NCBI RefSeq assembly: GCF_006345805.1
Contig: NC_043014.1
Location: forward strand, 55,287,118-55,351,117
Source: Octopus sinensis
Lineage: Eukaryota
Length of the DNA stretch: 64,000 nucleotides
Reading direction: 5' to 3'
A program made the translations under genes and the position numbers. The notes below the pieces were generated by a model that made no database searches, was not told the origin of the DNA, and worked only from the letters and a program-made list of their open reading frames with translations. Of this stretch, positions 57,630 through 64,000 are shown piece by piece. Positions within the stretch are counted from its first letter, which is position 1. Every line of letters starts with the position of its first letter.

Positions 57630-58235
57630 TAGTTAGTTAGTTAGTTAGTTAGTTAATTTGGCTCAAAAGCAAATAGCAAGGCCATGTAGGGGGACATGGA
57701 GTTAAGTACAGGGTGGTGTTCATGTAAAGAGTTCAGGCCACTTGAGGTCCAGGGAGGCTTTGAACAAAGCGGTCGTCGGCATCTTCACCATCTCGTCTGG
57801 CAGCTTGTTCCACGGATCCGCAACCGGACGGAGAAAGCTCCTCTCCTTCGATTGAGATGAAATCGTCGCAGGTAGAGCTTTTCGGAATGACCCCGCAGCC
57901 GACGCTCCGGAGCAGGAGTGAAGAACAGCTCTTTCGAGAGGTTACACTTCCCGCTTATGATGTTGTGGGCGAGAATGAGATCACCACGGCGGCGGCGTTT
58001 TTCAAGAGAACAAAGGTCGAGCGTCCTCAGCCTTTCTTCGTAGGACAAATTTTTGAGACCATGAACCATGCGGGTAGCCAGCCTCTGGACTCTTTCGAGG
58101 TGCTGTATGTCTTTGAGGAGATAAGGAGAAGAGGCTTGAATCCCATACTCCAATATGGGTCTCACCAGCGTGACATAGAGTGGCAGGAATATGGCTGCTG
58201 TGAGCATTCCGAATATGGCTGCTGTGAGCTTTTGT
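57630..58235 (-). mobile_element. CR1-type LINE, 5'-truncated RT C-terminus with (TAAC)n tail
   Basis: LYVTLVRPILEY...LERVQRLATRMV...YEERL...LEKRRRRGDLI...LRGHS. Confidence 0.92.
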
Positions 58236-58637
58236 ATAGAGTCTGATGAGCTGTCCACTAGGCTTTGGTTTTCGTGGACACGAAACCGTTGTACAACGCA
58301 GTCTACAACACGAAACCTAAGGCATCGAGCTGGCAGAAGCGTTAGCATGGTGGGCGAAATGCTGAGCGGTATTTCGTCTGCCGCTATGTTCTGAGTTCAA
58401 ATTCTGCCGAGGTCGACTTTGCCTTTCATCCTTTCGGGGTCGATAAATTAAGTACCAGTTGTGTACTGGGCCGATGTAATCAACTGGCCTCCTCCCCAAA
58501 GATTCCAAACCTTGTGCCGAGAGTAGAAAAGGATAATTACTGGTTTATTCTTTAGAGTATGCTTTTTTTTCTGATGTATGTTTTATTAACTATATATATC
58601 TATATCTATCTGTCTGTCTCTGTCTGTCTGTCTGTCT

Positions 58638-58670
<33 letters not shown>

Positions 58671-58674
58671 TGTT

Positions 58675-58751
<77 letters not shown>

Positions 58752-58829
58752 ATATATATATATTATTATATATATATATAATATAATCTATGTATGTATC
58801 TCTTTTGATACATACATATATATATATAG

Positions 58830-59070
58830 GCGCAGGAGTGGATTTGGTAGGCGGAAATTGAAAGAAGCTCGTCTAGTTTGTCCCCCACCCCACATCGCTT
58901 GACAACCGATGTTGGTGTGTTTACGACCCCATAGCTTGGCTGTTCGGCAAAAAGAGACCGATAGAATAAGTACTAGGCTTACAAAAGAATAAGTCCTTGG
59001 GTCGATTTGCTCGACTAAAGGCAGTGCTCCAGCATGGCCGCAGTCAAATGACTGAAACGTAAAGGAATTA
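58830..59070 (+). mobile_element. SINE family B with internal deletion
   Basis: Head fused directly to the GATTTGGTAG segment, then the family tail. Confidence 0.75.
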
Positions 59071-59691
59071 AAAAAAAAAATTCCAAATCGAGGCGCACAA
59101 AGTAATGCTGATTGGTCGAAATGTAGGAATGTACAATTATATTGAGCCTACTTGAACGTGGGAAACCCTTTTGTTGGGCAAGTTGTTTTGAGAGAAAATT
59201 CTCTTCGTAGACAATACATGTGAAAGCATTATTTGGCCATGAATAAGGTCACTGCATACATATTCTGTATGTTTTCTCTGGGCAATGACATTAAAGGAAA
59301 TAAATGTGGTAGCGACGTCAGTGGAAGGCTGAAAATTTGTGGTTAAAATATACTAATTACATACGAACGGTGGATATTGGAATGTGAAGTCAAATAGTCT
59401 AAAAATCGAGCACTTAGTAATGAACGGTCAGTCTGTAGGTACAGAGCGATTACATTTCTGAAATGAATATTAAAATAAGATTTAATATCAACGAAAAGAG
59501 ATAAACAGTTAGAGCAATAATATTAATTATTGCAAATTTGGAAATATTTTCCTGTGCAACGCATTTTAGCAAAGGGCTCAATAGAAAAAAAAGGCATTCA
59601 TCTTTCTAATAATATACTGAAATGCATTGAAGGCTAAAACGGAATAATAATCGGAAATAAAGGCAAATTAAATTAAATTTCATCCTTCACT

Positions 59692-60079
59692 GGATGGAAG
59701 CACTCCGTCGGTTGCGACGACGAGGGTTCCGGTTGATCCGAATCAACGGAACAGCCTGCTCGTGAAATTAACATGTAAGTGGCTGAGCACTCCACAGACA
59801 CGTGTACCCTTAACGTAGTTCTCGGGGATATTCAGCGTGACATAGAGAGTGACAAGGCCGGCCCCTTGAAATACATGTACAACAGAAACAGGAAGTAAGA
59901 GTGAGAGAAAGTTGTGGTGAAAGAGTACAGCAGGGATCACCACCACCCCCTGCCGGAGCCTCGTGGAGCTTTAGGTGTTTTCGCTCAATAAACACTCACA
60001 ACGCCCGGTCTGGGAATCGAAACCGCGATCCTATATGACCGCGAGTCCGCTGCCCTAACCACTGGGCCATTGCGCCTCC
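59692..60079 (-). mobile_element. SINE family D with 12-bp TSD
   Basis: Reverse complement of 57143-57530; TCATCCTTCACT at 59680 and 60080. Confidence 0.9.
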
Positions 60080-60287
60080 TCATCCTTCACTACGCCTTAC
60101 CTTAGAGCAGAAATTTATATATAAAAAATACAAAAAGGGGACAAGAATGCAAAACATCCAGACAGTTAGGTGAAACAAAAAAAGGGAAAACAAAATATCC
60201 AGACAGACGATACAAGGACGGATAATTCGGAGTTTTCTATCCAGATTGGAGCAATCTCGAGTATAACCAGCCGAAATTGTAAAGATA

Positions 60288-60468
60288 ATGTGGTGATGGG
60301 GGAAGAAAGGTGGGCGTCTCTATATGGTCCGGAAACGAAGACTCAGTCTAGAGAATGGCAGAACAACGCTTCTGCAAAGCCTAAACAAGACAGGAGCGAG
60401 TGATCAGCAGCAAAAAGTCACGTTGAATGCTTTTGGGGATGAGGAAGGATTTTCTGTACCATGAACTG
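60288..60468 (+). pseudogene. Mariner (DD34D-type) transposase relic
   Basis: VVMGEERWASLYGPETKTQSREW...KPKQ...*SAAKVTLNAFGDEEG..(fs)LYHEL resembles mariner IVTGDETWV.YDPETK.QS.EW...KVML.VFWD..G. Confidence 0.7.
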
Positions 60469-60614
60469 GAGTGGGACATTGAGAGAGAGCGAGAGAGATG
60501 AGAGAAAGAGGGGGAAGAGAGAGAAAGTGAGAGGGAGAGAAGAAACTTAGTGAAGCTGCCAGAAGGAAGAGACCAAACCATTGTAATATACAATATCGGA
60601 CAGCTTTATGTCCA

Positions 60615-60999
60615 ACGAGCAGTATCGCCCGGCGTTGCTCGAGTTTGGAAGGGAAATAACTATATAAACATTTTTAGAGAGTTATAGCCAAAAAATAGCA
60701 AAAAAATGCATTAAAAATGGAAAAAAAATGATGGTAAATTTTTTTAAAAATCGTTGACTCATCGTAGACATTTTTAGAGAGTTACTTCCCTTATTTAATA
60801 GCGAAAAAAATGATGGTAAATTTTTTTTTTAAATCGTAGACTCATCGTAGACGCGCGCTAATACCCAGAAGGGCTCGATATGAATCACGACTATAAGATA
60901 CCCGGTTTTGGTTAAACTGCACCGCAAAATGTGGGAGTAGATAGGAATCTAAATCGTAGGAGACAGACAGCACACAACCTCTCTTTTATATATAAAGAT
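60615..60999 (+). mobile_element. Helitron-like element, second copy
   Basis: Collinear with 39330-39632 apart from an internal duplication. Confidence 0.55.
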
Positions 61000-61450
61000 G
61001 AAGCAGTTTTCGGAGACGATGATTCGACGATAGAGATGAAGCGAAAATGGTTACGAAGACGTAGATACAACATAACTGACCGTTATTTTTTTCAAAGTAA
61101 ATTCGAGAATCGGGTCTAACGAGGCCCTGCTTGTGATGGAAATTATGTTGAATAATATCTTTTTATAAAGGAACCAACAATTTCAACAACCCCTATCAGT
61201 TAATAAACAAAATTACGCTCCCTTTTGTATTTCTCCCTGGACAACCCTTGTATGATTTTTTGCTTCACACCTGTCTCCATTCTATCTTAACGATTTTTTT
61301 AAATATCAGTTTTATAAACTTAGTTTTGCAATCGGGTTCCGTTTCACGTTTCTTTCCTTTCCCTTTTTGTTTTCTCTTATTTTGACTTTTCTGCCTCGTT
61401 ATCACATCTTCCTCCATTCTCGTTTTCGGTCTGTGCCTTCAATCATTTCG

Positions 61451-61491
61451 ATATTCTGATGAGCTGTAAAGCGAAACCTGGCGGTCATTCT
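61451..61491 (+). ncRNA. Type I hammerhead motif with canonical core, weak helix I
   Basis: CTGATGA gct gtaa agc GAA ACC tggc GGT C; AATAAA at 61514. Confidence 0.6.
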
Positions 61492-61912
61492 GCAATTTCA
61501 ATCTCGTCTCATGAATAAACATGTTTCCTTTATTCATGCATTTGGACTGTATTGAGTACATTTTTATTGACATTGGCTACATCTGTTCTTAACAGTCATG
61601 TGTCTTGTATATATAAAAATGTATGTATGTATGTATGTGTACATATACGTGTATACTTACAGACACATACATGTGTGTGAGTGTATATATATATATATGT
61701 ATATATATATATGCATATATATGTATATGTATATATATATATTTATAATACACAGATTTACATGCATACACGTGTTTGAATGTGTATGCGTGTGTTAGCA
61801 TCTGTGTGTTTGAGTATACGGTGTGTGTGTGTGTGTTTGTGTGTGTATACGTTATTTTAAACTAAACCTTGTATGTCAAATAGACATGAAAATATGTATA
61901 TTTATGTGTGTG

Positions 61913-61992
<80 letters not shown>

Positions 61993-62794
61993 ATGTATTA
62001 AGAATTAAGAATTCTCGATCGGCATTCAGGTCGCTGTTAATGTATATATTTCCATTCATGTGCGTTAACTACAACGCTAGAACTTTTTTTTTAACTGGTA
62101 TTTCTAGCAATGTGGGTGTTTCTCAACGGCCTTGTCATATTTACTGACAATTATAATTCTTATTTAAAGCGCCAAAGCATCTTAATAGCAGACGACGCAC
62201 ACTTCTTATGGAAAGACACAAATTTGAAACATGTCTGTGTCTGGCAAATAGATTTTGCTCTTAAAATCGTCCCCGGTTAAAAATCTCCTACTGTCTGTCA
62301 GTTTTGTGTTAAAACAACCGACCACATTCATCACAGGAGTGGGCTGGGATACTTTGAAGCCGGCTGTGTGAAAACTTCATTAGTTGGGGTTGAGAATTTA
62401 CCAGTGACCCTTAAACACGTAAAACATAGTATAGAGCATGGGGAACAATAACGGGGCCTCTACGCGGTCGTTTTTACTTGCATGAAATAACAGACAAATG
62501 TTCTTCTCATTAAACCCTGCTGTCTGAAATACAAAAAGGTGAAGGACACGTTGGTTAAAAGAAATTAGTTCCTGATACGCTGTGTGAAGCAATAAAGGCG
62601 GGATAGTCACGAGTGGAGAGCTTGTGATGAATAGATGTTCTTGGTTAGGGCAGACCTACAACCCAAAACACCACCACTGCCTGCATCTCCGCCGCCACGA
62701 CCGTCTGTGTTTCATATTGAATAAATATACACCATTGAAAGGTACGGTGATGTGGTTTTTGTCTGAGACAAAATCCATTCAAAGACATGTTGCG

Positions 62795-63268
62795 TTAACC
62801 CTTTAACATTCAGATTTCTCTGTCAGACGGAATGCTTATTTGTTCACTTTGTTTTCAATTAATCGTGTATTATCTTTGAGATTTTGATGATGTAATTGCT
62901 TATTTTTAGAATAACTTTGTAGGGTAGGTATGAGAGGCAGGAATAAGGCGGTGAGCTGGCAGAAACGTTAGCACGCCGGGCGAAATGCTTAGCGATATTT
63001 CGTCTGCCATTACGTTCTGAGTTCAAATTCCGCCGAGGTCGACTTTACCTTTCATCCATTCGGGGTCGATAAATTAAGTACCAGTTACGCACTGGGGTCG
63101 ATGTAATCGACTTAATCCGTTTGTCTGTCCTTGTTTGTCCCCTCTGTGTTTAGCCCCTTGTGGGTAGTAAAGAAATAAGTATGAGAGGCGGGATCTGTCC
63201 GGTTTGAACTTAAAACAAGCAGAGTATTTTGGCCTGATATGGTCGGTTTAAATGCTAAAGGGGCTTAA
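62795..63268. mobile_element. MITE family 2 interrupted by a SINE family C insertion (62947-63178)
   Basis: TSD GTATGAGAGGC(A/G)GGA at 62928-62942 and 63179-63193; MITE halves are contiguous when the SINE is removed. Confidence 0.8.
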
Positions 63269-64000
63269 ATGCTAAAGACAGAGCGAGATGAGCTTCGTAC
63301 CAGCAATTATTCACGAGAAAGTCAGGTTCGTTTCGGCGTTGTTGGGCCTTAACCAATGACGCGTATTTGGTTGTCTAAACAAAATTTCTTCCCCCCACCC
63401 GACACATAGTCAGCAATGGAATAATATATTCACTGATGGCGGTGTGTCGAGGCATGTGACATCCGAGGACTCGGAACGTCAAACAAAATATAGTAAAGAA
63501 TTTATTTTGAAAAATCGATTTTACCTTGACGCCAAGGGAACGTACCAGAACTGCTCATCGTCTCTCCGAGATACTGAGGCGAACCAGAAACCTCGAATAC
63601 GAGGAATATCAGTGAAGTGTAGCAAAGAAACGAAGCAAAACGAAATGAAATGATCAAAGAAAGAATGGAACACTTGTGGAAGATTCTTCTTGTCCAAATA
63701 AAAATTCATTTACGGCGAAATATAAAAACGATTCCATGGATTTTACTATGGAATTCGAAATGTAATGAAAAATGAAATAAAAATAGAAAATAAAAAATCG
63801 CTAAATATATTCTAAATTAATTTGAATTAAAAGGAATTCCATAAAACGAAAGAAGACAAAACAAAAATAATTTGGTTTAATGAATGGAAATTGAATATTG
63901 ATTTTCAAACACTTGGGACTGGCCGATTGCAGATAAGTCCTGACAAGTGAGATTTTCTCTGGAGCCATATAAGAACCAGCTGTGTTTTGTGTGGTTGCTG

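Overview
AT-rich, microsatellite- and SINE-dense animal genomic DNA. The repeat families resemble those I recall from octopus genomes (inference). The window is dominated by one multi-exon + strand gene, the piRNA-pathway DExH helicase TDRD9/spindle-E. I could trace 36 coding exons (850-52958, about 4140 nt, about 1379 aa), encoding helicase motifs I-VI, a Tudor domain and a terminal C2H2 (matrin/U1-type) zinc finger; further 5' exons may lie upstream of the window. One junction (exon 8/9) is out of frame if the strongest donor is used. Introns and the 3' flank carry three tRNA-derived SINE families, two RTE LINE families, CR1-type LINE ends, TTAA-bounded piggyBac-like MITEs (one in a 6-copy tandem array), Helitron-like elements and a mariner relic. 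The main unexplained signal is a set of about ten hammerhead-ribozyme-like motifs of the minimal type known from Penelope-like retroelements. These include a sense-strand tandem pair inside a TDRD9 intron and a family whose palindromic helix III co-varies between copies. Repeat boundaries were read by eye and are approximate; exon boundaries were counted base by base.
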